A stretch of 64,000 nt of DNA, taken from assembly GCF_006345805.1 (NCBI RefSeq), contig NC_043013.1:29326001-29390000 (forward strand), given 5' to 3'. Position 1 is the first letter of the stretch. Every line of letters begins with the position of its first letter. Both the position numbers and the translations under genes were made by a program. Below are positions 26,437 to 40,189 of the stretch, piece after piece. A model generated the notes under the pieces. It ran no database searches, was not told the DNA's origin, and saw only the letters and a program-made list of their open reading frames with translations. Source of the DNA: Octopus sinensis. Lineage: Eukaryota.

Positions 26437-26673
26437 TTAAAGAATTTGAATAACACCTGCGTTTAACTCCATTTATATACATATATACACGAAACTTGAG
26501 GAATGGATAAGTAGATAAGATCCGGACTACATATGTTTCATAGCGAGCGGACCTCTGAAGTGGTGAACATCCAAGTAAGGTGTATACCACACACTACTCT
26601 TCAGACCAAGGATATCTTCATTATTTATATTATTTACATTTGACGGATATCTGTTCTCATCTTGGTTGTTGCT

Positions 26674-26719
26674 AACACAACATTTCGGCTGATATAGCCT
26701 CCAGCCTTCATCAGGTGTC
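26674..26719 (-). ncRNA. Minimal type I hammerhead, one mutation in stem III
   Basis: GACAC-CTGATGA-A-GGCTG-GAGGCTATAT-CAGCC-GAAA-TG-TT-GTGTT. Confidence 0.55.
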
Positions 26720-26766
26720 TTGGGGAAATTTCTAATCTGGGTTCTCATTCCTAAGGTATTTTTCAG

Positions 26767-26881
<115 letters not shown>

Positions 26882-26899
26882 TCACTGCCTGGAATCGAA

Positions 26900-26946
26900 A
26901 GCTTTGTGAGTGAATTTGGTCGACGGAAACTGAAAGAAGCCCGCCG

Positions 26947-26994
<48 letters not shown>

Positions 26995-27205
26995 AATTTG
27001 TTATTTGAGGCTGTGTTTGTCCCTCCTCCATCGCTTGACAACCGATGTTGGTGTGTCTACGTCCCCGTAACTTAGTGGTTCGGGAAAAGTGAACGATAGA
27101 ATAAGTAATAGGCTTACAAAGAATAAGTCCTGGGGTCGATTTGTTCGACTGAAGGCGGTGCTCCAGCATGGCCGCAGTCAAATGATTGAAACCAGTAAAA
27201 GAGTA
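26900..27205 (+). mobile_element. SINE family B, 5'-truncated, internal (TA)n
   Basis: Sequence match. Confidence 0.8.
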
Positions 27206-27244
27206 AAAGAATATATATATATATATATTGATATATATACATAC

Positions 27245-28005
27245 AGGGTGCGGTGAATAAAATGTCTAAATTACGCAAGAATGAAAATAGCACTCAAGTC
27301 TCATTTTAACGCATATATTTACCAAAATTAAAAAGAAATATCTTGAAATACTGAAGAGTATATTTATTCAATAAAATCGCTATTGGCTCCAGCCAAGGCC
27401 TCCAGACGACGTCGGAATCTCTTGAAAACTTCTGGACAGTCACCTTGTTTAAGTTGGTGACTGCTGCCATAATCCTTGCCTTCATTTCGTCTTTGGTGTT
27501 ACAAGGAATTTTGTCGGTCTCTCGCTCAACTGCGCCCCACATAATAATCATGGCAGTTGCACTCTGGGGAGTGATGTGGTGGCCGAAATTGTCTGACAGC
27601 CATGACTTGGTTTTCCTGTTCATGTGGCATGGTGCAGAGTCCTGTAGCCAGACACAGGGTCTTCTAGCAGCCACCCTACTGACACAGGGCGGCACTACCT
27701 CCTCCAGGCACTTGATGTAGACCTCCGTGTTGAGTGTGAGCCCGTGCGGGAAGATGAATGGAGGCATAACCTCACCACCACTAGTGATCACTCCAAACAC
27801 CATGATGTTGACTGGATGTTTGATTTTTATCAATCTCAGTACATGTCTTCAGATTGCTCTGTCCTCAGATTGATACCCAGACACTCTGAAATGTTCGCAT
27901 TGGAGATTCCGGCGCGAATGACAAGCAGTGCATATCGTTTCCCAATTTACTGGTAGAGTGAATTGCATCATGGTGCTGTTTTTTCTCACAGACGGTGCCC
28001 TGCTA
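27245..28005 (-). mobile_element. maT/DD37D-like mariner transposon relic
   Basis: ORF 27306-27833: HPVNIMVFGVITSGGEVMPPFIFPHGLTLNTEVYIKCL..WLQDSAPCH..WGAVERET; termini begin CAGGG. Confidence 0.85.
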
Positions 28006-28123
28006 TATTGAATAGTTGTCAAAATCAGAAAGAAACATGCGCATGCGCGAAATAAAAAATATTAAATGGCGACAATTTACCCATGGTATCTTGCTTATAT
28101 ATACAAATGTATGTATGTATAAA

Positions 28124-28265
<142 letters not shown>

Positions 28266-28472
28266 TTCCGTTCATTACCGTTCTGTGCCGTATTGCACAC
28301 CGATGAATCTCGTCTTTTGGCGGTTGTTTTGGCGGTTATTTTCCTATTTTTCTGTCTCTACTTCTTTCCTCCCCTGTACATATTTATACTTCCTTCTATA
28401 TAATAGTCTTATATATTTCGATTTGGGATTTGGTTTGCAAGATTCTTTATATAAGTTCCTGTGTTGAAGCAT

Positions 28473-28720
28473 ATTCTGCTGTGTCTGGGGAGAGCCATTC
28501 CCTTTTAGTGCCTTCTAATTTAATACACTCACCGGTAAAATTTTCTACTCATTTACTTATTTATTTTTATGAAATTTTCGTTGCGAATTCCAACCTTTTC
28601 AATAGTCAAAAAAGTTGCAAATAAATAAATAAAATAAGTAAATGAGTGGAAATTTTACCGGTGAGTGCGTTATACTATAAGGCACCAAAAGAGAATGACT
28701 CTCCCCAGACACAACAGAAT
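28473..28720. repeat. MITE-like hairpin (arms ~95 bp, spacer ~55 bp)
   Basis: attctgctgtgtctggggagagccattc...acttatttattt vs aaataaataaaataagt...gactctccccagacacaacagaat. Confidence 0.75.
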
Positions 28721-29369
28721 CTTATATATGTTTTGACGCTATCAACAATCGGTATCCATCTTTTAGTTTATTATACTTTCATTAGTTTAGACGGTATAGT
28801 GTTTATATCTAACTTGTAGTCACCTGAACTCCGTCTCTCTATTCGACGTAAGATTTTAGGTATCTGGTCTAGTTTGTGCACTAATACTCTATATCTATCA
28901 TATGCCTTTTAGTTTTGCGTATACCACCCATTTTATCTACTTAAGAATTATACACTGGGGAGATTTAATGTCTAACAGTCGGAACTTGATTAACAGGCAT
29001 CTCAATAGCTACATATTCAAACAAAGAATCTTTAAAACAATATTAGCATTTAATTGTTATTATTAAATGTTGCTAATAACAAAATGAAAATTTCTACATA
29101 AAATAGAATTCTTTGAAATGAACCGAAAATTATAACTCTAGTAACAATTAGGCAGAGTTTATCTACACACATCGTCTTGTAGTGCAATACTTAAGAAACC
29201 GAAGTGAATTATAATTTAACAGCAAAAAACTTGTTAATTTGATAGGAAAGCGTTAACGATATATATTAAGCAAAATAGGCGTTACACTGTTCTGAAAATG
29301 AAAAAAAAAAGAAAAATTAAGGTTACGGTCTGTTCCATATTATTTTCAATACATTCCGGCAGGTTCGAA

Positions 29370-29826
29370 CGGGAAAATGTTAATCGCTGTTTTGTACGTC
29401 ACAGGATGGAAATTTTCCCTTTTACGTCGACAATGTTTTTATAATAAACATGGATTATTGCTGTAAGGGATTGTGGGACATCGGTGTTTCGACATGTTTC
29501 ATCAGCTAGAAGTACCCGATCCTTTGAGCCTAAGCAATCCAACGGATCTTTATTATTTCAGCAAACGAACTCTTTTTTCCGATCAGTGTCTGGCATCTAT
29601 CTGCCAACTGATAAACAATCGTTATTTACATTGTGAACAGCGAGATATGAAAATTTGATTTGCATATTTATTCTTAATACGTTCCGGCAGATTACAATGA
29701 CGACACACAACATATCGAAACAATGGTATCCCAGAATCCCTTGTAACAATGAACCGAGTGTGTTGTGGATATATTATATCGAAAAGGGAAGAATTTGTCC
29801 TGTGATGTACACAACAGCGATTAGCA
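29370..29826. repeat. Old imperfect inverted repeat
   Basis: 29372-29510 is a decayed reverse complement of 29700-29826. Confidence 0.6.
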
Positions 29827-30419
29827 TATGTGCTAATGACAGCGACTAGCATATGTGCTAATGACTAACACAGTGCTAATGACAATTTTTATTTTAAAGT
29901 AAGTTAGCTTGAAAGAAAAAATATTTAAACTATAAAATTAAACAAGCTCAACAGGGTTAAAACAAAATATAAAATAACAACAAAACCCCGCTCGTTATTT
30001 AAGCTAAAAGTAATTCCAAAGAACAAACATATTAATATCAATAGCCCAAGGGGTTTTCTTAAATGTGGGAGATATTAATTTTGTTGATGTTTAGTTTTTA
30101 CCGTTATTTTCAAGATTCTCCGCTGGCTGTCACACAAGCTAAACTTCGATCATAATATTTTAAAGTCTATGGGGTATGGCTGGCCTCCTAGTGATATTTA
30201 TTTACTAATATCTATTTTTTAAATGGTGGTTCTAATATGTTGCAATGACTCTTTAAATTTTAACAAGTCTCAGATAAAGTTTACAAAGAGTGAAAACATT
30301 TATATTTATTAGGTGCGGTGTGCTGTGTGAATATAATGTCATTGCTTTTGTTTGTGTAAAAGTAACATTTGAGGAAGTTAAAATAATTTTAAAGATATTT
30401 CAAGAAGACTACGTATTGT

Positions 30420-30620
30420 CAAAACGTCTATCAGATGTACTGGGCTGTTTGATGGACGCCGGGAGAAGGAAAGAGACCGAGAGGAGGACCAAGTAAAGTG
30501 TGGCGCAGTACGCTACGAGATGACCTGATAGCTTGAGAGTTAACCCCAGTGGAGCCAAGAAGGTGAGCAATCTGGATGCCTGAAAAAAAGGCCCGTTGTC
30601 GATTGTGCTGACAGTACTAG
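30420..30620 (+). mobile_element. RTE-like LINE 3' relic
   Basis: WTPGEGKRPRGGPSKVWRSTLRDDL matches the RTE C-terminal G.R.RG.P...W...DL. Confidence 0.6.
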
Positions 30621-31084
30621 AGCATCTAAGACCTAAGAGATAAAGTTTGTAATAGAATGTTTCTTCGTACTGTGTCGGTGCAAAATGCATGTAAAAGGAG
30701 AAGAGGGATTTGATATGGTTTGTTTATATATGCATAACAAAGGATTTAGATGGGCTAAAAATTCTGCATTGCATACCTACACATTACAAGATTATGTGAA
30801 GGTATGCAATACAAATACTTATTTAGATTAGTATGTACCTTTTGTGTACCAGGATAGGCTTTATCGTAAAATGAGTATTATTCGATTGTAGGGGAAATTT
30901 TGCAGCGAACCAAATGTCTCTCTATATTGAAAATAAATCTTGCAATGCATTTGTCAGCATAGGGATATCTTTTGTCTTTAAAAAAATCTCATCTATTCTT
31001 AAGCATTTCTGTTGTGTTCTGTCCGGATCTTTCTTGAATTCCTTTCCCAACGCACCCCTTTATTCGATAATTTAATATAAGCTT

Positions 31085-31320
31085 TAAGGCAGCAAGCTGG
31101 TAGAGTCGTTGGCACGCCGGGCGAAATGCTTTGCGGTATTTCGTCTGCCGTTACGTTCTGAGTTCAAATTCCGCCGAGGTCGACTTTGCTTTTCATCCTT
31201 TTGAGGCCGATACAATAAGCACCAGTTACACACTGAGGTCGATGTAATCGACTTAAACCCTTTATCTGTCCTTGTTTGTCGTATCTAAGTTTAGCCCCCT
31301 GTGGGCAATAAAGAATAAAT
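31085..31320 (+). mobile_element. SINE family A
   Basis: Sequence match. Confidence 0.9.
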
Positions 31321-31419
31321 ATAAGCTTTACCAAAATTTTCCAGACAATAATACTTAATGATATGATGTGAAAGTTCCTGCCCAAATCATCATGTCTTTC
31401 CTCTTCCTCACAGCAGAGA

Positions 31420-31935
31420 AATATAAAAAAAGGGCTTGTCAGACTGCCTTATGATCCCAGCAGGCAAAATAGAAAAGGCGTTGTCCCAGAGAATGGCGAA
31501 GGAGATTCAAGTCTGACTCACGGGACTCGCACTTGCGGATAGCCATCCTCACCCCAATATGAGATCTCCACTCCCACGGGCTTGACCATAAACCTGTCAG
31601 AGAGTGGCCGATACTGTGACAGCTTAACATGCTCGGCCTGACGAGCAGAGGGGCCTGGGCTGGTTGCTGAACACATCAAACTGCCGCTGGAGAAAGTGTC
31701 ACAACATGCGGTGTCTCATATGAGGAGCCTATCATCACGGAACGGGAAAATGATCATGCAAACAGGCCTTTTGCTGGGTCGAACTGGGAGGGAAACCAGC
31801 AGTGTCTACGTCAAGCTTTATGATCTCGTTAAGAGCAGCATCACGTGGAAGGCAGCCATCACTAGAATGTCATGTCAATGGATGGAGGACAAAAAAATCC
31901 ACAGTGGATCTGCGTTAAGCTCTCTCAGTTTCTAA
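31420..31935. mobile_element. GC-richer coding-like relic, possibly an L1/Tx1-type LINE
   Basis: Composition shift and a weak GLG-like motif only. Confidence 0.2.
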
Positions 31936-32490
31936 ACATAGCAATCCGCCTGTCAGTGCGTGTTAAAGAACGTGTTGTGGCTATAAGATATTTGCTAAAT
32001 TTGTCTTCAGCTAGAGTCATGTATTATTTTTCTTAACTAGTGCGTGTGTATGGTTGGTAACTTATCATGAGCTGGAATCTGCACTTAACTCTAAATAGTG
32101 TATCAATTTGAATTCGATTATATTAAATATTCATTTCCGGTTGTATTTAACATCCGGTTTAACATCACTACACGGGCCTTGGGTACTTTTAGCTGGGTTA
32201 GCTGTATTTTGTTGTTCTTTTTTTATGGTTTCTCTCAAGGTCAGAACAGCAGCGCTGGTGACATTTTTTCTGGGTGTTCTACACTGGAGAAAGGAGAGAG
32301 TTACTTTCTGGCCAGAAGACTGGTCCAGGTTCTAGACAGTTTGTGTGTACCAAATTTCACTCGTAAGTCTTTGTTCAAACCAACAGTGGACGAGACTTAC
32401 CTAAAATACCACGCACTGAGATCGAATCTGGAACAACGCGTATGCATAGCGAACTTCTTAACTACATGCCTATGGCTGCATATAACATGC

Positions 32491-32523
<33 letters not shown>

Positions 32524-32582
32524 ATATATATCATTCTATATACATATATACACTCACGGCAGTATATATACATATGTGTGTA

Positions 32583-32619
<37 letters not shown>

Positions 32620-33289
32620 ATATATATATATATATAATTTAATGTACACAATATTTAAAATAAGACCTACAAATAGTTCCTTGTCATAGAGACACTGAGA
32701 TTAGGCAGATTTATATAACGCGCCTTGTGCCCCCAAGCAATCTCCGAGCTCAGAGCACATAGTTTTTACCGATTCTTTTACTCTTTTCCTTTTTTCCTTC
32801 ATTCGGTCCTGCCCAGATGGGAGTGGGTGGCCATACTAGATCACCGCATGTGTATTTGTTACTGTTTCTACAAATCTCCTTCTATTGTTAGCTTTTGGTG
32901 AACGAAAGAGTTTAATACCACTGCCCTCGTTTGCCTTTCGTGCACTCATGCTGGTTCGTCTTGAATGGCAGATAGTCTCCAAGTGCTTCTTCAATGCATT
33001 TTCACCCACCCTTTGTAGATTTCTCAATTTCTTTGGCAAATCATTGCAAACGTACAGGCGTTGAAATCTAAGCTTTGGTAATATATCGACCGCACATTCG
33101 AGTGTAAGTGGTTTCTCTAAGAGGTTGTTTGTTTTAGAAACACACAAAAGTGAGAAAACAGCAGGAAAAACCCGCTGCTCTTTCATTTACTAGTAGATTA
33201 TATTTTCTACTGCATTTGTTGTCCACCAAAGTCATCTGAAGAAAAAAATGTTAATTTATTAAAGGGTAATATCTATCACCACTTAAAAG

Positions 33290-33750
33290 TGGGTGTTGTG
33301 ATGGAACACCGAATATTCTTTTCTACTTGAGCACACAAGGGCCGAAATTTTTTGGTGGGGAGGCCAGGCGATTAGATCGACCCCACTACCCACCTGGTAC
33401 TTAATTTATCGACCTCGAAAGGATAAAAGACAAAGTCGACCTTTGCGGAACTTGAACTCAAAACGTAAAGATAGACGAAATACTGCTAAGCATTTCGGCC
33501 GGTGTGCTAATGTTTCTTATTTCTTTACTGACCACAAGGGGCTACACACAGAGGGCACAAACAAGGACAGACAAACGGATTAAGTCAATTATATCGACCC
33601 CAGTACTCAACTGGTATTTATTTAATCGACCCTGAAAGGATGAAAGGCAAAGTCGACCTCAGCGGAACTTGAACACAAAACGTAAAGACAGACGAAATAC
33701 TGCTAAGCATTTCGCCCGGTGTGCTAACGTTTCTGCTAGCTCGCCGCCTT
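33290..33750 (-). mobile_element. SINE family A dimer
   Basis: Two units joined at aaataa|gaaacattagcac. Confidence 0.9.
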
Positions 33751-35083
33751 TGGAACACCGAATATTGCGATCGTTGACACGAAAGAATCTCTCATACGGT
33801 TTTGTAGTGGAAATAAGCACTCTTGCTTGCAGTGCTTATATATTACTTTTTGGCATTAAGACTGTGTCTGTTGCTTTGATTATTAGCTATTTTATTATTT
33901 CATTATATAACGTAGATATCACTTTTGTTTGATGAAGCTCGTATTGTTCAAATATTATCTGCTGTAAGTTGTGTCTATATATTTTATCAAACAAAAGCTT
34001 TTGAAACAAAACTCGTTGGATGATATTTCGCGATAAAATTTAGCATGTCGTGAATGTTAATTAAAAGGAATAGAGGAAGAATGTTGACAAAAATATAAAA
34101 ATAAATAAGCTAAATCATTATTATTCCTGTTGTATGACCGACTTTTTGTATAAATGATATATTATGCTTTTTTTCTATTAGCGGAAGTCGGTAATCTGAT
34201 AATAAAGTACACATGATACAGTCAACGGAAGAACTTCTACATGGTTTTTGGATCTGCTAGAAATAACAAACAAATCTCCCTCGATTTCCCATTCTCCAAG
34301 GTAGAAAAAAAAAAGCACTTTGGGAAATGTCGTGCGTGAACTGGTCATCAAAAAAAAAAAGAATATAGGATTGTCATGTCTGGAGTGCCTGGATAATAAT
34401 AGGTCTGTTCTGTGTGTGTGCTGTGGAATGGGTGACACAGGGATGACTTGAGGGTGAATAAGAATGATTTCGTCAACAACCGCCTTCGCCAACGCCGTCA
34501 TGAAAATGGATGTATCTTTAAAGACGACAATATTCAAATATCCATCAAAAACGTGGAAAACGATAATATGCATTAAAATTCTTTTTTGTTAATATTGACG
34601 GAAATTGAAGGGCAGAGTTTATGACTCAGGATCTCCAGGACTGGAGGTGGGAAGTGGGAGGGAGGGAAGTTGTGTTCAGAGCAGAGACCCATGCCGAATA
34701 CTTGTCCAAAAGAATGGATTCCACTGAAATCTCTCAAGACCCAGGTTGTTATGTTTAGCTAGGTAACAGTTTAAGCTTATCACTCCAATATAGAAACAAT
34801 GAAGAATTCAACAAAGTTTTCGATAATCAAATAATGTCGCTCATATTTCTTCGGTCGAACGAGGATTAAGGTTGAAGATATTCAAGACTATGCACAGTAT
34901 CAACGAACCCGAAATCACGTAGTTATGAAACGAACTTGCTAACCGTGCAGCACTGCCTGCAATATGTGCGTCTATTTTAAGAATATACACTTTAATCAGG
35001 TAGGATTGGGCTTGAAGATCAATATGTCTGAGATATAATATAAGTGAAAGGGTCTTAATCTTTCGCATTATTAACATCATCCA

Positions 35084-35460
35084 AGGCGGCGAGTTGGCAG
35101 AAACGTTAGCACGCCGGGCGAAATGCTTAGCAGTTTTTCGTCTGCCGTTACCTTCTCAGTTCAAATTCCGCCGAGGTCGACTTTGACTTTCATCCTTTCG
35201 GGGTCGATTAAATAAGTACCAGTTACGCACTGGGGTCGATCTAATCGACTTAATCTTTTGTCTGTCCTTGTTTGTCTCCTCTGTGTTTAGCCCCTTGTGG
35301 GTAGTAAAGAAATATAAATAGGTATTTCGTCTGTCTTCACGTTCTGAGTTCAAATTCCGCCGAGGGAAACTTTGCCTTTCCTCCCTCTGGGGTCGATAAA
35401 ATAAGGACCAGTTAAGCACTGGGATCGGTGTAATCGACTTAGCTCCTCCTACAAAACTGC
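35084..35460 (+). mobile_element. SINE family A dimer
   Basis: Junction aaatag|gtatttcgtc at ~35320. Confidence 0.9.
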
Positions 35461-36739
35461 TGGCCAGCATTAAATGTCTTGCCATGGCATACCTTATTCT
35501 GGGACTAGATTCGCACTAAGATTTTGTTCTAAACAATGAATAGTAACACTCTCAGACATTATTCAACTGATACATGTATATTCATGGTTAAGGGTGTTAC
35601 TATCTTCTGTTCAGAAAACTACTGCACTTGTAATTATTGAAAAAAAGTGAATTAAGCCTAAAGATGATTCATAGTCTAAAAACTCAAAATTGACGTAGAT
35701 TTTACTGAATATTATAGAATTGGTATTTATCTGAGTCCAACATAAGGATGTTCATCTTAATGTTGTATGACTTTCATTTAAATTTATTACAATAAAAAAT
35801 ACAATTTCACTTTCTATAGCGGAAACGTTTATTTTTTTTTTCTATTTCTTTATCGATTAAAAACAATGAATCATAAAAGTATATTATTAAGCAATTTTAT
35901 TGAACAGAAAGAAAAAAAAAAGAAGCAAATGTTTGATGCATTCTTCATGTTACTTATTTCGGAAAAGCGAGACGTGGGACAAGTGAAGCAAAACAGTGGT
36001 AGTATAAAATATATACAGATTAAAAGCTTGAAACCCACATGATCCAGCTGTGAATGAAAGTATATAACATGATGCGGCAATGAATGAAATATGAAACAAA
36101 GACATAGTTACAAAAACAATGAATATAGATGGTCAAACAATGAACTAATTATTTGCCAAGCAGAAATACGCCTTGCCTTGCCTTGCTTAAGGCACGTAAC
36201 TCCTGATGGAGTCGTCACATTCAGCATATCCGTGACTCCATCCCTCACCGTTGCACCAGTGACCGGTAATAAAGTCACTGGAAAAAACAGTCGCAGTAAT
36301 AAAATCACAATTTTGGCTAAGAAAAAAAGTCACAATTAATTTATCTGATCCGGACAAAACCCCACTCAGACATTATCTCGCCGGACAAGACCCCCGTGAC
36401 TTTTACCTGGATTCCCCTCACCACCAGGTTTGAATACAACCTGTATCTTCCAGAAAGAGAGAAGAATTGGTTCCAGTAATACTAATTTATTTATCGACAC
36501 GAATGGATGACAAGCTAATTACTTAACACATAAAGCGCGATAGGCCACGATCGTGGCCGTCAGACACATGTCGACAGGCCACGATCGTGGTCCAGATAGA
36601 TGCATTTAATTTATGGGAGTTTGTTGGGGTCTAATGTCACTCAAATGTTCTGATACCCCCCCCCCATAATACAAGAGGACTAATAGTTCAACTAATGACT
36701 CTTCAGATGATGTAAAACTTGCTACCATTATATAGAGAA

Positions 36740-37065
36740 GGAGACAAACAAGGACAGACAAAGAGGTTAAGTCGATTACATCGACCCCAGTGCGAAACTG
36801 GTACTTTATTTATCGACCCCGAAAGGATGAAAGGCAAAGAAGTCAACCTCGGCAGAATTTGAACTCAGAACATAACAGCAGACGAAATACCTATTTCTTT
36901 ACCACTCACAAGGGGCTAAACACAGAGGGGACAAACAAGGACAGGCAAACGGAGTAAGTCGATTACATCCGAAAGGATGAAAGGCAAAGTCGACCTCGGC
37001 GGAATTTGAACTCAGAACGTAATGGCGGACGAAATACGGCTACGCATTTCGCCCGGCGTGCTAAC
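36740..37065 (-). mobile_element. SINE family A dimer (internally deleted)
   Basis: Junction aaatag|gtatttcgtc on minus at ~36890. Confidence 0.85.
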
Positions 37066-38379
37066 GTTTCTGTCAGCTTGCTGCCTTCCCAAGACATATG
37101 ATTAGGAAGCAAGCTTCTAACCCACACAGGCACGCTTGTAACTATGGGCCAGTTCCAGTCGCGTGTCATGCGTTTGACTGGCATATAAAATGAAATTTGT
37201 TTAATTAAACTGAAGACCAAATAATGTAACCGATCGGTTATTGTTTGCACTTATGTAAAGCTACAGTCTCAACAATATATTCTCTTATGACGTCTGTCTC
37301 ATAAAGTACAATCGATAAGTACAAGGAACTCACTTCTTCTACATAACTTAGCAATTATTTTATGTACTGTTGTTTCATGCGATGTTACTTTAAACATCGT
37401 TTTAATTATCAAAATCGTTGCTTCTATTTTGAAATTTCACTACTATTGAAATTTCAAAACAACTGCTGGAGGTCCAAGTGAAGCATGTTTGTTATTCATA
37501 TGCTTTCGATAATCTTTGACTCGTGTCGTATTTGGTCAAAGCTGAAACCACGGTGTTACAGATCAAAACTATGGGAAGAAAAAACGAAACACTACGTAAT
37601 TCCATTCTCCATTAAAATATTTCATTCTCTTTATGCAGTGTTTCTCTTTTTTCACTCTCTCCAACAAAATTACTCTCTCTCTCTCATAAGAAAAGAACTA
37701 CAAAAATAAAACAGCTTGATTTGTCGCTACACATACATGATGTATGTCGGTGGCTTCCAACATTTTTACAATGGTTTCCAACCCTTTTATTTAAATGATT
37801 TTTCCTACGGACCTCTTTATATATATATATATATATATTTATTTTATAGAAGGAGCTTCTACAGGACTAGAACTGTTTCATTCAAAAGAAATCATCAGGA
37901 ATATATATATATTGCAGCGTGGAAGGTGTTTATAAGCCATTTAAGAAACACACAAAAACCGTTAGATTCACTTCAATATATAAAATGAATTTGTCAAAAT
38001 ATTTCCGTCGCTTTGAAATCGCGACCTGTTCGCTGACAAAATTCCGATGCAGCACGGATTTTGTCACCGAACCCCTTCCCTTCAAGCTGCTGGCCTTTAG
38101 CTAAGGTTTGAAACCGATAATTACTTTAGCCGCAGTAAAGGTGGAAAACTGACAGAATCATTAGCCAAATCTGTAGCACGATTTCTTCCTGCCTTTTAAG
38201 TTTTGAGTTCAAATCTCTCTGAAGTCAACTACGCTTTTAATCCTTTCGGAGGTCGATCAAATAAAATACTTGTCAAGTACTGAGCTGTAAATAAAGCACA
38301 TAATTCCTCATTTCTTATATAAAGAACTGATAGAGTTATTAGTAATTAAAGTTTGAAAATTTTGGTAATTTTAGCCAAT

Positions 38380-38540
38380 CGTAAGTCAGTCACATTCATC
38401 TGTTTCGATAGTAGTAAGCGGAAACATGAAAAGTCTGCGAGGAAGCACGTGTTGACAGCAGTCAACCGAAGAAGGGTCCTACCTGGGCAGTGGGTTTTCG
38501 GAGGAGTGTGTCGCAAGACCAGACAGGTTTTTCGGTATGC
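38380..38540 (+). mobile_element. Merlin/IS1016-like (ISXO2) transposase fragment
   Basis: ORF 38353-38559: FDSSKRKH..GQWVFGGVCRKTRQVF resembles Merlin DES..KRKY..G.WVFGG..R. Confidence 0.6.
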
Positions 38541-38861
38541 ATATTTAAATTTTAATTAAACATATTTAAATTGTTTGTTTACTGTTTGTTTCTTTTTGTC
38601 GTTGAGCACTGAGGTGGTTGTGAGGTGTGCTAATAATAACAGCTAAATAAGATTTTTTTTTTTTTGGATAAATCTTTTAAATCAAAGTTTATTTGCTAAC
38701 ATCACACTCAGAGATTGAAAACTGTTTTTCACTTATAAATTAACATAAACATGTGCCAAACTTTAAAATATTCGATAAACTTTAAATTTTGGAGCCACTG
38801 GCAACCAAGTAGAAAAGATCCTGTATAACTGAAACACAAACGTTAATCGAAGCGATAATAC

Positions 38862-39298
38862 GGATCTTTTCGGTTTGAACGGCAATTTTTAACATAATTT
38901 CTAGGTAACTAAAAAATTTTAAATTTCGTATACTGGTAGAATGTGTTTATAAAACATCTTTTTCGCTTGGCTTTTTTGAGAAAATTCTATAGTTTGTGAG
39001 ATATTTGTTGTTTTTTTCTTCAATTTCTGCAATTTCAACCAATCAGTGACGTCTATTGAGTTAAAAAGCATTCTGTGCCATATGAATATTCCATCGTTTA
39101 AGAAACAGATTGGGTTTATTTACATTTGTGAAGAAAAAAAAGATACCCTTCCCCCACCCCTAACCCTAACCCTAACCCTAACTAACCCTAACCCTAAAAG
39201 CGATTGAAATGCAATAGATCGATTCTAGGGTCATAATTATGGGTGACAATTTCATATGACACCGCTAGAAAAAACTGCCGTTCAAACCGAAAAGATCC
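38862..39298. mobile_element. 437-bp MITE with perfect 22-bp TIR and perfect 8-bp TSD; contains (CCCTAA)n
   Basis: TIR GGATCTTTTCGGTTTGAACGGC; TSD GATAATAC at 38854-38861 and 39299-39306; telomere-like repeat 39158-39197. Confidence 0.9.
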
Positions 39299-39901
39299 GA
39301 TAATACATCTAAAACGTGAATACCAGAATGAATTGAGAAAATAGCCCAAAAGTTTCTGTAGTAAATATCTAAAAAATATACCGTAGTCAATTAAGTCTGT
39401 TACCATTCCCCCAACCCATTATTGGCCTTATGCAAATATAAGCTACTAAATCTGTCTTATTGGTTGGCCTTTTGCTATTACTAAGAGGTTAAGTCATTCC
39501 CCTCCACTAGTAACTAGATTTTTCTGAATCATTCACAGTTATGAGTTTTGTATTTGCTGCTGCTGTTGCTGTCACTACTACTGTTATTACTATTACTACT
39601 AATACCATTACTATTACTACTGTCACTAATAATAACAACCGTCTTTCTGCTAATAATTAGGCTTTCTAGGTCATTGACAGTTAAGCACTAAACCAACTCG
39701 GCGATTCTCCTTCCTTTTCTCTAATATCCAGAAGCACCGATCCTTCCCAGATTCTTTCCCTCGCCCCGCCCCCACCACGTACATTCATCGTGTGAACAAC
39801 ATATTGTTATTCTTCTCTGTGAAAGAAATATTTCATTGCTTTTTTATAGTCAATCTTCTCTTCAGGAAACACTCTCTCTCATATATACATTTACACATGC
39901 A

Positions 39902-39932
<31 letters not shown>

Positions 39933-39959
39933 TTCTTATATTCTCTCTCGCTCTCTATG

Positions 39960-39997
<38 letters not shown>

Positions 39998-40128
39998 CCT
40001 GCTCGTTTAGCCAGCGGGGTGGCGTCGTTCGAAGGCTAAAACAATGCGAACGCATTGTGACCAGCGATGTGTAGCAACATCTGATGGTCTGGTCGGTCAC
40101 GTGAGAGACGTGATCATGTGATATATAT

Positions 40129-40165
<37 letters not shown>

Positions 40166-40189
40166 TAAAAATGGAGAAGGCCGATATAT

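Noticed and set aside
34330-34580. 131-aa minus-strand ORF in unique sequence
   Set aside because: No recognisable motif and no convincing splice or start context
39158-39197. Chromosome end or fusion relic
   Set aside because: The short tract lies inside a TIR/TSD-bounded MITE
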